Below, piece after piece: positions 1 to 13,625 of a stretch of DNA of 64,000 nt; position 1 is the first letter of the stretch, and every line of letters begins with the position of its first letter. This DNA is from Eledone cirrhosa (taxonomy: Eukaryota): positions 377,642,001-377,706,000 of the forward strand of contig OZ024741.1 in NCBI GenBank assembly GCA_964016885.1, written 5' to 3'. A model generated the notes under the pieces. The model saw nothing but the letters and a program-made list of their open reading frames with translations, ran no database searches and had not been told where the DNA came from. Position numbers and translations under genes: made by a program.

Positions 1-1715
1 CTATCTTCAGAGGCTGGATTGCTGCCATGCACAGCGACATCTGCTCTGTGGTGAGAGTAAACTGTCACCTTTCAGAACCGTGTCAGTATATTCAGACGAC
101 GTCACCGTAGTGGTGTCGTACGCCAAACACATCGAGACGATCGTCACCACAGTAAGAGAATAGGAGACGGTGACAGAAGCAATGATCAACCAGGAAAAGT
201 CGGTGGGCCGGCTGCTCGACACCTGGAGAAGCAGGTCCATGCCATCTATCAGCGTCGTCGGGCGCTGGAGGAACGGAACGGTTAAATTGCTAAGGATCTC
301 GTTCGGTCCCGACCTCCAGACGGACAAAAGCTGGGATGATGTGACGAACAGGTTGGACCTTCTCACCCAGAAATGCGCGGAGTGAAAGCTACACCTGAAA
401 GGTCGAGCGGAGGTGGCGACGGCATTTCGCGTCCGTCATCTACTACCGCCTGACCATCGTGCCTGGAGCTAGGCCTCGCCTGACTGCGCTGGAGCGTTTG
501 CTCTTTCGCTTTTTGTGGAAGGGACGTGCTCCGATGGTCAGGCGGTCAATCTGCTGTCAACAGCCGCTACGCGGAGGGATGGGCATGCCGAGGCTGATGA
601 TACGCAGACATTCGCTCAGGCTACGGCATCTCCACCTATTCCTTGACGGTGATCAGATGTGGTCCCCCTTTGTTAGACGCGTGTTTCCCCAGCTCATGTC
701 ATTGACGGAGCTGCAGCCCTGGGTCAAGCGAAGACCGAGAGGGATCGCCTGGAGACTGGAATGTCTGCAGGCACTTACAACTCTCAGCCAGACGGGCAAT
801 ACGATCGGTGGAAACTCCACCTTTGCGTTCTATAGAGGGTTAGTGGAGAGAAAGTGCGACGACGTGCTTGGGGAGATTATGGGTGTCGACGAAAATCAAC
901 TAGCCAATCTCTTTGGAAAAACTTCCGGGCCGAGGCCCATGGACAACTTCCATATATCCCTGGCCTTGCAGGCAGTGCTACCGAGGAGCTTTGCCTGTCC
1001 GGGATAAACTCTACAGGCATGGATGTGCCGTCAGCCGTTTATGACCGAGATTCCCCTAGGGCGACGAAAGCATCCTGCACGCACTCTTCCTGTGTCCGAG
1101 CATTGCTGGCTGACTTGTTGGTTTATGTCGAACACCTGCTGTTGCGTGTAGGACGGATCCGGCTAACAGCTGAGTCCATCGTGAGGATTGCGTCGCTGCC
1201 TTCCTTTAGCCGGGAAGGGCATCTATTTTGTATCTGCCTGGTCGCCATGGTAAAAGAGATGCTGGACACGTCTGAAATGGTTGAAGACAGGTATATTCTT
1301 CTTCGGTGACGCCCTCATTAACTTTTTCAGGTTTCACCTGAAAAGGAGAATCAGACAGGAGAGGGATGTGCTGCCTTCAAGCCAGATTGTTGAAACGTGG
1401 GCGAGAGAGGGAAGAATGGCCCGTAAGAATGGGCCTACACTGAGCGTGTGCTTGTAGCACCGTAGGAGGGAAACTGGAAGATGGCACTTGCTTTACTGGT
1501 CAGGGTAAATGTGGCTATTTCGTGGGCTTTCTCCACGAGTGACCCTCGCAAATCTCCGCCTACTGCTGAATTTTTCATTGTTTTCTTTTTTTGTCACATA
1601 CTCTGTGTTTTTGTGTTTTTTTTTTACACACAGAAATGCCCATTTGTACTGTCCTCTGTTGTCTTGTGTTGTCCTTAATTTTATACATTGTTTGAACCGT
1701 TGTGGTTACTAAAAA
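1..1715 (+). mobile_element. Tx1/L1-clade non-LTR retrotransposon, degraded 3' part (RT C-terminus to ORF2 end, plus 3' UTR)
   Basis: VYSDDVTVVV (YADD-like) near 86-117; INQEKS; LFRFLWKG...GGMGMP in ORF 459..1007; C-terminal FFRFHLKRRIRQE...W ending at TAG ~1457. Several stops and frameshifts. Confidence 0.85.
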
Positions 1716-1995
1716 AATCATTATTATTATTATATATATATATTTTCTAGTGTGTCCGGGTAAGCTTTTTACATTCATATGATTTATTGATTTATTGATA
1801 TTTTATCTGAGTGACCCGAATCTTCTTGGTCGTAATTTTTCGGCTGCACGGGTGATTTTAGGCATAATCTTTGTGTGTTGGTATCTTAACGATAATTATA
1901 GCTCTGATTTATCTGAATTATTGAGCCCTCTGCCACTCATGTCGGATTTTGTTCATCGTAAATTCGTGAGCTGATTTTTTGATACTCGATTATTC

Positions 1996-2067
<72 letters not shown>

Positions 2068-2106
2068 GAATCAGAGCAAACAGCACGGACACTCTATCTC
2101 AAAATT

Positions 2107-2145
2107 ATTTTTGAAAAGCATTTAGAAATGCGCAACCGGTAAAAA
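2107..2145 (+). ncRNA. Degenerate minimal hammerhead motif, U3-A8 core
   Basis: ttt-TTGAAAA-gcattt/aaatgc-GCA(for GAA)-ACCGGT-A-aaa; same layout as the motif at 26484. Confidence 0.45.
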
Positions 2146-2294
2146 CTTAAAAACCACAACTGAATACTAACCAATACAATCACTAATACTCTTTTATTCC
2201 TAATTAAACCATTTTTCAACTGTGAACAGTTTGTCAGCATTTTCTATTCCGCTTACCAATATATAATAACTTGTGTGTTACACCTCTATTCTTT

Positions 2295-2384
<90 letters not shown>

Positions 2385-2387
<3 letters not shown>

Positions 2388-3213
2388 GAGGTGTGTCACA
2401 AAAGTTCCCAGGACTGATGTCACAAAATATTTATTTCAAACCCAAACTCAACACAAAGAGTCTTCTCCTTCACAAGTTATCCCTCTGGAGCCTAGTGCAA
2501 TGTTCCATCCTTTTCTGCCACGCTTGCATGCACTCCTGGAACGGTTCTTCCGGGATCCTCCACAGTTCCGTCATCACGGCCTTTTTGATGTCGTCCACGT
2601 TTTCAAAACACGACTCATCACCAGTGATGACCATCCCTGGCAAGTCTGGTTCGCTTTCAAGACGCTCGAGGATGTCGTGGCACACTTGCATGCGTCGACC
2701 CTTCTGGTCATCGTTAGGCAGTTTTGGCACCATCTTCACGCACACTGTCCAAATCTTCAGAGAGAATCTTCCAGACGCTGACCCGCTTCATGCTCAGCTC
2801 ATTTGCCACCAGTCGAACAGTCAGCCGACGATCGCTACGCACCATCTGCCTGACGCGCTCAACATTACCTCAGTCCTGGTTGTTGAGGGCTTTCCGTTCC
2901 TGGGGTCATCTTTCACGTCCTCGCGTCCTTCTTTAATCCTCGTCGACTCATCTCCATACACTTGCTGCAGCAATCCCAGTGATTCTGACGGAGTTTTCCC
3001 CAACTGTACCAGAAACTTCAAGTTTGTTCGTTGCTCTGTGCTCATTGCTTGACGACCTGAAACATGTATATAAAACTATGAAGAATAAAGTTGGATCGCT
3101 GTAGAGAGCTAAGATTACAGTTACACACTCCAGGGGGATTACTTTGAAGGAGAAAACCCTTAGTGTGAAGTTTGGGTTTGTAATAAATCTTTTTTGACAT
3201 CAGACCTGGAACA
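2385..3213 (-). mobile_element. Internally deleted Tc1/mariner element, one end truncated
   Basis: TA-CGAGGTGTGTCACAAAAGTTCC terminus in (TA)n; minus ORFs MSTEQRTNLKFLVQLGK and KMVPKL...VITGDES; same family as 43345-44243. Confidence 0.9.
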
Positions 3214-3221
3214 CGTAATTA

Positions 3222-3259
3222 CGAGCTGAGGATCCGCTAAGGTGAAACACTTGTTCTCG
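3222..3259 (+). ncRNA. Minimal type-I hammerhead ribozyme
   Basis: CGAG-CTGAGGA-t-CC(gctaa)GG-t-GAA-ACACTTGT-T-CTCG; near-identical copy on the - strand at 37983-38020. Confidence 0.75.
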
Positions 3260-3289
3260 GTATAGTGATCTGACTGTTGTGTAACCACA

Positions 3290-3325
<36 letters not shown>

Positions 3326-3332
<7 letters not shown>

Positions 3333-3820
3333 AAACTTTGGGAGGGTCATGTTGCCAATAAGAAACACACGCACCAGATGTTTCACTTCAATTTATTATA
3401 GTAAATTTATAAATTTAGGATTTTATAAATTTCCGGTTGGTTGGTTGGTTCCACAAGCAGATGATTGTTTATATATTGTCAAAGTTCTTTCGTCACACAT
3501 TTCGTGACCTCTTCAGTGACTGGGGATTCTTTTCTTTGTGTTTGTGCCTCTCCTTTGTTCTGTTCTACGCCATCTTGTTTCTGTGTGTGTGTGTTGTGTG
3601 CTCGGTCTGCGCATGCGCCACATCCGGGTGTTTGTGTGTGTTTATTTTCGTTTATTTATTTGTTTATTTACAAGTTACTGGTTGGTTGTTTGTTCTATGT
3701 GTGTGTGTGGGTTTCCTTTTGTCCTTAATTGTAAGTTGTGACGTTGCTGTTCCACTCATGTTTTCTATTTAATTTTGGTTGTAATTCTTTTATGTTTATT
3801 GCCTCTGTGATTTGTCTAAA
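3326..3820 (-). mobile_element. Penelope-like element 3' fragment (GIY-YIG C-terminus plus pseudo-LTR)
   Basis: Minus ORF ends RQITEAINIKELQPKLNRKHEW; downstream non-coding part holds an HHR and resembles 34990-35390 and 22630-22766. Confidence 0.7.
3478..3520 (-). ncRNA. Minimal hammerhead ribozyme in PLE pseudo-LTR
   Basis: Reverse complement: GTCA-CTGAAGA-g-GTCAC(gaaatgt)GTGAC-GAA-AGAACT-T-TGAC. Confidence 0.65.
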
Positions 3821-3829
3821 TATATATAT

Positions 3830-3930
<101 letters not shown>

Positions 3931-4096
3931 TAGATGGATAAATATACACGGGTGTGTATGATTGTGTATAGAAGATTATATTAATAAGAGTTATTCCAAC
4001 TTTGTCTGATTTAATCGTTTCATTTACAATCCTTTAAAATGTATAATGGTATTATAATGAAATAGTATGATAGAATATTAAATGTTAAGTGTTAAT

Positions 4097-4135
4097 TGAA
4101 CAAGTACTTTCATGCTTTCGCAATCTTCAGGTTCA
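4097..4135 (-). ncRNA. Minimal hammerhead ribozyme (inverted pLTR copy)
   Basis: Reverse complement of the 4284-4322 motif. Confidence 0.85.
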
Positions 4136-4283
4136 TAATGTGTGGTGACAGTCAAGTTTGCAATTTTCAATTGTAATGAGATGGGTAAATGTTGTACCTT
4201 ATATACAGTGAAAAGTGGCTCCAGATGGTAAATCTTGCAAACTGTATTTCGAAAATTGCAAACTTGACTGTCACCACACATTA

Positions 4284-4322
4284 TGAACCTGAAGATTGCG
4301 AAAGCATGAAAGTACTTGTTCA
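4284..4322 (+). ncRNA. Minimal type-I hammerhead ribozyme
   Basis: TGAAC-CTGAAGA-t-TGC(gaaa)GCA-t-GAA-AGTACT-T-GTTCA; palindromic helix III AGTACT. Confidence 0.85.
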
Positions 4323-4522
4323 ATTAACACTTAACATTTAATATTCTATCATACTATTTCATTATAATACCATTATACATTTTAAACGATTGTAAATAAA
4401 ACGAGTAAATCAGACAAAGTTGAAATTCCTCTTATTAATATAATCTTCTATACACAATCATACACACCCGTGTATATTTATCTATCTATCTATATATATA
4501 TTCCTATTGTGTATATGCCAAC

Positions 4523-7500
4523 ATGTCTGGAAAGCAACAAATGAAATCAACAGAATCAGAAAGAATTCTAAAGGATATATCGAAATTATCAACACTTATC
4601 TCGATGATTGACACTCAATCCGCTATTTTAAAGGAAATAGAAAAACAATCTAGAGACGGAAAACTTATAACTGAACATATAAACTCTGAAATTAAGAATT
4701 TAGCTGAAATTATACCAACAGTTATCAAAGATACAAGAGAAAGCCTACCACAACCCCCTTGGATGTCAGAACTAAACGAAAGAAATTTGGAAAACAAAAC
4801 ACATCGAATAAGAAACGAAATGTGGAAGACATGGAAAACATTTCTTAACATAATAAAACAAAACTTCTGGAAAGCATACAAATGCGAAAAATATGTCGAA
4901 ACACATTCGAAATGGCTCTCTCTAACGGCACCCATACTCCCTCGTAAATACCTAATTACAGAAATTGGAGGAGAACCAGAAGAAGAATCAAAACTCCGAT
5001 GAGAACTTCTGAAAAAGGACTGAAATTCACACCGACTCCAACAGTCAACCACCAAGAACTGAAGGAGGATACCCAAGAATTCTGTTTAAAATGATGTCTT
5101 GTAGAATTATTCGCTGATAAAAGTAATGAGAGTGATGAATCACTAGTAAAGAATAAATCACATTTCACTCCGCCAAAAGGAAGAAATATCTATCTCGACC
5201 AATACATTGACATCCTGTCTAAATTTCCACTAAGTCGTAATACTAATGTTAGGCCAAACATTAACAAATCAGAAATGTCTGCACTTAAACGTATACAAAA
5301 TGATAAAACAATAATAATTAAACAAGCAGATAAAGGGGGTGCAGTTGTTATAATGGATACTGAATACTAAAAGGATTTGGTTGAGTAACAACTGAAAGAC
5401 ACAACATTCTATCATGAAATACCGTCAAATATAGACCACATCATCATGAAGAAGATCAACAACCTGGCTTCACAATACCACAACTCATTTAATGATAATG
5501 AAAGAGACTACATCAACAATGTTGAGCCAAAACCCAGCAACATGTATGGCCTACCGAAAGTTCATAAGTCAAAATAAATACAACTGGCAGTAAGATAACA
5601 AAACAGTGAGTACATTAAATTACTCTCACCCAAAAGACTTAAAACTTAGACCTATTATAGCTGGTCCAACATGCCCACCCACCGTCTAAGCAATTTTGTT
5701 GACATTACTTTGAAACCACTATGTATTCACATACCCAGTTTCATCCGGGATGATATCGACTTCCTGTCCCATCTTCCCCAAACCACGGAAACGAATTCAC
5801 TTCTACTTAGTTTTGATGTGGTAAGCCTTTACACCAATATTACACATGATTTAGGAATAAAGGCGGTTAAATACTGGGTGGAAAAACAGAGAAGTGATTC
5901 CCATTAGATTCACAGCGCCATTTATATTAGACGCAGTTAAACTTATTCTGGAAAACAACACTTTCTTCTTCAATGGAAAGAATTACATCCAAATTAGAGG
6001 CACATCGATGGGAACGAAGTTTGCTCCCGTTTACGCGAACTCTGTAATGGGATACTTAGAACAACAACTCTACCAAGAAATAGAGGAAAAATATAGTACT
6101 GACTTTAGAAAGTACATTGAAAAATCATGGAAGAGATACCTTGACGACTGTTTCATCATCTGGACAGAATCTCTAGATACTCTGGATGAGTTCAATATCC
6201 TCCTGAATAACCTACACCCATCTCTCCAATTCACAAAAGAGATGAGTAGGACAAATTACCATTCCTAGATATAATGATAATCAAAAACGACACCACCATT
6301 ACCACGGATATATATTATAAACACACAGACACCCATCAATATCTGAATTTTAAGTCGTGCCATCCACCACATACAAAACGCAACATCCCATACTGCCTAG
6401 CCAGAAGAATTTGTACCATTGTAGAAGATACGAATACCAGGTACAAACGCCTAACAGAACTAAGAGAATTTTTTCTCAAACAAAAATACCCATCTCTACT
6501 TATAGAAAATGGCATACAGCGGGCTATAAAAATACATATACGACAACTTAGGACAACCCAAGAAAGAAGAAACCAAGAACTGGTCATACCATTTATAATG
6601 ACACACAACCCATGTCACAAGAATATCTTCAACACTGCCAAAGCAAACCTACCGTTCATTACTCAAAGTAATGAATTAAAAGGCTTAATCACAGATCGAT
6701 CTTTGACTCTTAGTAAAAGACAGCCAAAAAATTTGAAGCAATTACTAACAAAAGCAAAGTTTGACCTTAACAACAAAGACCAATCATTCACTGTATCTAA
6801 ATGCAATGATAGTCGATGCTGCACATGTCAATCCATGCACGCCGGTCAATACATGAAAACAAAAACTGGAAAAATATTCCCAAATGCAAATATGAACTGC
6901 AAAAGCAGAAATCTAATTTACTGCATTAAATGCCCGAATTATGAAGAACTATATGTCAGTCAAACTGGAAATGCACTATCGGAAGTGCACGGGTACACCG
7001 TCAGCAAATCAGAGACCCAAATGTCCGTCAGAAACCCCTAAGTAACCATCTAGCAACATGTGGTCAGGGAATATTTATAATATTCCCATTCTACAAATTA
7101 CACAGCCCAAGTGAAATCAAGAGAAAAATCAAAGAAAAGAATGTTATTAATAAATTCAAACCCAAACTAAATGAACAATAATAACGCTTAGGGGTATTAC
7201 TTCTACTATGACTATGACTACGACCATGTGGACTACAACCACTAACAACAACAACAACAACATAATAATAATAATAATAAAAGTGATGTTGATGGTGATG
7301 ATTACTAGAAAATGCTATTTTCATCATTTCTAAAAATAGCAAAAAAATTGATGCTTTGGATAGCATCAATTATTGGTCGTTAGACTTGCTCAAACAACCG
7401 TGAGGCTTACACCAATCAGCTTTAGTAATTCAGTGAAACTACACAGCGATTGGTCGAAATACAGTTTGCAAGATTTAGCATTCTGGAGCCACTTTTCACT

Positions 7501-7714
7501 GTATATAAGGTACACAATTTACCCATCTCATTACAGTTGAAAATTGCAAACTTGACTGTCACCACACATTATGAACCTGAAGATTGCGAAAGCATGAAAG
7601 TACTTGTTCAATTAACACTTAATATTCTACATACTATTTCATTATAATACCATTATACATTTTAGAGGATTGTAAATAAAACGAGTAAATCAGACAAAGT
7701 TGGAATTCCTCTTA

Positions 7715-7720
<6 letters not shown>
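4523..7720 (+). mobile_element. Penelope-like retroelement, Neptune type (RT, Cys-rich linker, GIY-YIG), pseudogenised, with 3' pseudo-LTR
   Basis: KGLKFTPTP, ADKGGAVV, YGLPKVHK, SFDVVSLYTNI, GTSMGTKFAP, WKRYLDDCF, CHPPH, linker KCNDSRCCTC, endonuclease NCKSRNLIYCIKC..YVSQTG..KPKLN; stops and frameshifts; pLTR ~7455-7720. Confidence 0.95.
7572..7610 (+). ncRNA. Minimal hammerhead ribozyme in 3' pLTR
   Basis: Identical to 4284-4322. Confidence 0.85.
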
Positions 7721-7789
<69 letters not shown>

Positions 7790-7801
<12 letters not shown>

Positions 7802-7990
7802 CACTGGGGTTGTCTGTATGTCTGTCTGTCTGTCTACTAAACATTTCGGCACATATCTCCTAAACCGTACGTTCAAATTTCGGTGAAATTGCTACACTCA
7901 TAGATGAAGATCCGGCGGAGACATCGGTCAAAAACATTTTCAAATCCACCCACGCCCAGTGCAAAACGAATTTGTAATGTATTGAATTTT
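7790..7990 (+). mobile_element. 5' part of a non-autonomous Helitron-like repeat
   Basis: (TA)n-..gttgtctg(tctg)n..cacatatctcc..gaaattgcta..gacatcgg resembles the 5' end of the 40875-42427 element. Confidence 0.45.
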
Positions 7991-8241
7991 CAGTTCAAAT
8001 GTATAAATAGAGGTGAGAGACGAGATATTTCCCTTATATGGCGTCATTTGGTTATCTATTTATGATACGTATAAACGACGCGGTGGACCGAGAACAATTT
8101 CATGCAAAGACAGACCAATTTTATGGTGTAAATGGAGTCGTTAGACTAATGTTCTATTTAAAATATCCGATGATTTACAGCCCCAGAGTTTAAGAATGAC
8201 GTAAATAAAATTGCAAAGGAAAATGACAGGTTATTAAAATA

Positions 8242-8347
8242 ATTGTTTCTACTTTTGGCACAAGGACAGCAATTACTCAGAACATTGCTGGTACCTTATT
8301 TCCCCGTAAGAATGAAAGGCAAACTTAACCTCGAGGGGATTTTAACT
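8242..8347 (-). mobile_element. tRNA-derived SINE, truncated
   Basis: Matches the 3' part of the family at 58758-58937. Confidence 0.7.
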
Positions 8348-8455
8348 TTGCCTTAACATAGTAAAAGTAAATAGTAAAGATTTAGGCCAGTACATACGTA
8401 TGCGCCGATGAACATAGACATACATATACAGACGCACAGACAAATACATGAGATG

Positions 8456-9197
8456 AGACTTCCCTGATGACGAAAGGCTTCTCCGTACGTTTCTTCGAAA
8501 ACTATGTTTATTCCCTTTCAGAAACTAATTAGTTGGAGTGAAATTTTAGTAAGTAAGTTAATTTTATAATTTTCTAATTTTACGTCTCTCATATTATTGT
8601 TCTGCATCCCCATGCATTGAACCTCAAAGTTACTAAGACAAAACCTATATATTTGATAGCATAAGTATGCATCTATGTATATATATGTTACTAGATATAT
8701 TAATTCTTTATAAATATCTCCAAATTATTTTGTTGAGCACAAATTGGCCAAAACTCCTACTATAGTAACAGTCCGGCTGCTGTGTTCTTAACAAACCACT
8801 CTTCACTGATTGACCTCGATGTCACGTGACTGATTCTTTTGAATTTGCCACCGACGCAGTAGGCAGTGATTTTTTTTCAATGGCTTGGAATTTAGTCCAC
8901 GCTTTGCTTTTTTCCATCCACTGAATTATTTTTGTATAAGTTCCCTGTGTCCACGTATTGCCTGGAAACTTAGCTGAGAATAGACTTCCCTGATGAAGAA
9001 ATGCTTCTCCGTATGTTTCTTCGAAAACTATGTTTATTCCCTTTCAGAAACTAATTAGTTGGAGTGAAATTTTAGTAAGTAAGTAAATTTTATAATTTTC
9101 TCATTTTACGTCTCTCATATTAATGTTCTGCATCCCCATGCATTGAACCACAGAGATACTAAGACAAAACCTATCTATTTTCTAGCATAAGTATGCA

Positions 9198-9200
<3 letters not shown>
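8456..9200 (+). repeat. Partial tandem repeat (~526-bp period), each unit starting with an HHR-like motif
   Basis: 8456-8690 recurs at 8982-9200; each begins agacttccCTGATGA...GAAAactatgttt. Confidence 0.85.
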
Positions 9201-9291
<91 letters not shown>

Positions 9292-10498
9292 TATATATAT
9301 GTATATATATATATATTTATGTACTTAAATTATTGGAGGGGCAAATCTAATCTTCCAACGAGGAAATTTCTGAATACCATTAACGATGGGAAATAGGTGT
9401 CCGTGTCCATCGCCATCCCTTTTCTTTCATTCCTGACATGATCGAGAAGGATAACGTAACTCCTATACATTTGAATGACGGAATCTGCAGTAAATAAAAC
9501 AAATATGCGCCATGGTAGAGATTGGGTTGGTAGAGGTTTTTGTGATATAGCACATAGCATCATATTTAGTTCAGGAAAAAATATGTTTGACAAACGCGAG
9601 AGATTTACACCATTTAGGAGTGCATGTGTTTAGAGCGAATGAAACATTTAAGTACCAAAATGTAGATACTATGGTAATATGAGACAAAAATTGTAGAAAT
9701 CTGGTACAGCAAATCCGTGGAATTGTGTTTAGAGTGACAGGGTTAATAATACCCAGGTATTGGATGTGATCATGCAGCGTCTCGTGTTTGTGAACAGCTT
9801 ACGGTTACATATATTAAATGGCATTTCAGAGCGTTGGTTACACTAATACATTGCTTAAAGAGGTCGTTTGACCTATTAGCAATATCATCTAAATTACACA
9901 CAAATTACATTTTAGCAAATAGAATTGTACATGGCAATATGCCCATGGCTAAACAGTATGGAGTCATTGTAAAATCTATTCATAGTTCATTTCCCGAGAT
10001 GCCAGGTTCCTCCGTAACATTTCTAGCCTCCATTAGTTGCTGTAATGAGAAAACACACAACAAATTACCGGAATTTAAGACTATGTTCTCTTAAGCTACA
10101 AATCATGTATTCTTTGTTTAGAACCCATGCCTTACCATAACTACTGTAACATTGACAAACTGCTATGGCAGGAAATCTATAGTCGAAACATTAATATGTT
10201 ATCCTTCATGTAAAATCTCCAATTTTTAGTTTTCACATGACATGCATGTCAGCAATAATGACGATCCAGTAGCGTTCATGTCCAGTGAATGATATCGTGC
10301 TGATCGAGATACAAGGAATCTTACATATTAAACATTCTTTTGAAGTGAAACTTCTATATACACTTTCATTTTCTAACATTAAACGTGATGTAGTCTAAAT
10401 ATCTGCTAGTGATGTTCATCTCAAACACTTTTTGTTATAATTATATTGATTATAATCGACACTTGCTAAAGGGTAACATAATAAATAAAGCATAATAG

Positions 10499-10564
<66 letters not shown>

Positions 10565-10600
10565 TATATATCGATTGTGTTGTTATTTCTGTTTACATTT

Positions 10601-10639
<39 letters not shown>

Positions 10640-10979
10640 CAAGAATGTCAATTCCGTTATCCAATACCCTATTATGTAGGAATGAATAACTGAAGAGATG
10701 ATGGAGTTGTTTATCATAGTGAAAAAAATATACTCTTCCCATTATATTACAAAATGTGTACTTAATGTTCAGCGAAATGACAATACGTCTATTATATAAC
10801 AACACAATCTCTTATGTAAATTCTTTCATCATTATGCATACGATTTTTATTTATAGTATTTATATAATTCTATTTCTTGAAAATAAATCTAAAGATGACA
10901 AAAATATGATGTTCCATGCTCACAAAGGCATCACACAGAGTCCCAAATATATAATTTGTTTTCCATTAACATTACACGG

Positions 10980-11064
10980 GGTCTGACGAGCTGCGGATTA
11001 CCGAATCGGGTCAGATTCATACAGATCGAACCTTGAGCTGTTCAGTGGCCAAACGCTCGTCACC
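10980..11064 (+). ncRNA. Degenerate hammerhead with long helix II
   Basis: GGT-CTGACGA-gc..60 nt..gc-CAA(for GAA)-AC-gctc-GT-C-ACC. Confidence 0.45.
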
Positions 11065-11112
11065 AACCAATAAACGTTATGAAGGATATTCCATTATCCT
11101 TGTTATCTTATT

Positions 11113-11149
<37 letters not shown>

Positions 11150-11405
11150 AAATGGTGGATGTTACCAACCATCCAGGCGTCCAGTAAATTTTTCAATCAC
11201 ATTTTTTTATTTGTTTGACCCGAATTACTTGGTCGTGTCTATGGCTGTGTGTATACTGGTTTAACCATCGTCTCGGTGTGTTTGGCCTTTTAACTTATGT
11301 TGTAGCTCTGGTACGTTAGAATTCATTGAGCGCTTGCCACACATCTCGGAAGTGGTTTTTCGCTAATTTCCAATAGCCGAAATACGATTGTCGCTAATTT
11401 ATATT

Positions 11406-11476
<71 letters not shown>

Positions 11477-12762
11477 TTGAAGCGCTATGTGTTTCTATAA
11501 ACAGCAAATAAAAAGAAACGATTAGATCCATAGGGCAAAGCCAAATGTTGTCAATAATATTAACTCCATGTCAAAGAGATTTAGATAATATATAAAATAC
11601 ATAAATAAAGCAGAGGCCATCCTTCCAGCGAGGAAAGTCTGAATAGTAATATCGATGTGAAAATAAGAGTTTTTTTTCAACCAACTCTCTTACACCAATA
11701 GTATTACACAAGAATTAATGAAAATATTTCATTAAAATAATCCGCGAGCACAATAGTGTGGTCAACACCTAAATATTTAACAAACCTTAAACATTCACAT
11801 AAGACGGAATATTGTTCTTATAACTCACACCTTACTTCCATGAGTATACAGTTAACTTACTCTCACCGAAATATGACGCAATATAATATATTATACGGTG
11901 TGTCATCTAAACGTAAAAAAATAATGCAATATCAGTTTTAAATGATTTAACTAACACACATTTCAACAATACAAACCGGTTATGTCATGTGTGAGATTAA
12001 CAGTTGAATTACAATACCACAAGGTCGCAACAGATTTATACATCATGAAATTGTAGCATAAATAACATATTACAACGGCCGTAAGAATGACCGATCGGCA
12101 AAAAGAATTTATATTTATTTCTTGAAGCTTGGCGACTGCTTTACAAACCATACACATTTAGATTAATAGTCTTTAAGGTTCTTCTGTTCCATACAAATCA
12201 AATATTTCAGCAAAAGAATCACCCATGGAAGCCTCCTGCTCAAACTTTTGGGAAATTCAATTAGAGCGTCTAGGTCTTAGTCGGTTTCTTTTGAAAAATC
12301 AAATGTACATATCAGCAGAGATGAAAATTTCATTACAGGTATAAAGAGTATTTAAAATGTATTGAATCAGAACGTGAAATGTTTCTTCCTTCATCCATTT
12401 AATGTATTCAGTTGCGTATCCCTATTTTTATATAACATTCAAATAATAAAATAAGCAAGAGAACATATCACTCTTTATATACAAACCGACAAATTATTTA
12501 CGTCCTGCAGAACATATTATTATCGAATAGGGCATCAATCTTTCGTAAATCCCAAACGAATAGTTATATTAGCCTTAAATCGGAGTTAATGAGTTTTATA
12601 AATACTTTCTGTCGATTAAATAACAACTTTTCTTTACATTTACCACGTGATTGAATTCACTGTAGTGAAATAGGAAATTGTTTGGTTTTTATTGTACCAT
12701 ATTTATACATCAATGTACTTGACTTAACGAGTAAATATGTCGGTCTACATTCCTTTATAAAT

Positions 12763-13435
12763 CAGGCTTTCCCAACCTGGTCTCAATTGGGGTTCCAGAA
12801 TGTTTGTACTGACGGGACCCACTGGAAAGTGTGTCAGGGGATACAGTCACCAAGAAGAAGAAGAAAAAATAGAAGAAGAATTTACCACATTCTGAGAAGT
12901 GGTGTGAGCATAAGAATTTTGCTTTCAATTCTTTTTGCTAGCTAAACGTTAGGAAGAAGAAGTATTGATCATTCGGCACTGACCGTACGGTCTCGGCACA
13001 GTTTTGCTACGCTAGGCTCTGTCCCTCTCATATCAGCGCTGACAATTCGTTCTAGGCGTGTTGTTGTATATAAAAAAAGCGAGTTGATTCGGGGTTACGG
13101 ATGATTAATTCTTAACTCAATATGATTGCACAAGTTGCGTTGCCCCTCAGGAACTCCATTGATGATATATAAAAATGACGTGTGTGTGCAAACATATTTG
13201 ATGTTTCTACTTTTTACATTAATTTTAAAAGAGATCCTGAAATGCTAGTATCCTTCAGTTATATTTTTTATAATAGTTAAATAAATTGGCAAAGGCTTGT
13301 AATAGGTTCATAAACTGACTATATAACGATTATATTTAATCTTGAATTTATTCTTCTAAATACCTAGTATACATGCAGCCGGTGGATAATGTTCCATGTT
13401 GTAGTGGGCGATGGCATGAACACGGTTGGGAACCT
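12763..13435. mobile_element. Possible degraded hAT-type non-autonomous element
   Basis: CAGGCTTTCCCAACC at the left end and GGTTGGGAACC at the right resemble hAT TIRs; no TSD confirmed. Confidence 0.3.
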
Positions 13436-13482
13436 TTTCTTTAAAGGTCATTCAGTAGATAATCGAATCCACAAGGAATATT

Positions 13483-13625
13483 CTACTACTACTACTACTA
13501 CTACTGCTGCTGTTGCTGCTGCTTCTACTACCAACATCAACACCACCACCACCACCACCACCAACGCCAACCCCAACATCACCACCACCACCACCACTAC
13601 CACTACCACTACTACTACTACTATA
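13483..13625. repeat. Compound trinucleotide microsatellite (ACT/GCT/ACC)
   Basis: Visible directly; source of spurious poly-Thr and poly-Gly ORFs. Confidence 0.9.

Noticed and set aside
2273-3052. 259-aa and 168-aa + strand ORFs
   Set aside because: They are (TA)n-derived IY repeats fused to the antisense of the mariner element.
5090-5100. In-frame TGA in the PLE ORF as possible selenocysteine
   Set aside because: It aligns to Leu in the FCRKLR motif of the second PLE, not to Cys, and the ORF also has TAA stops and frameshifts.
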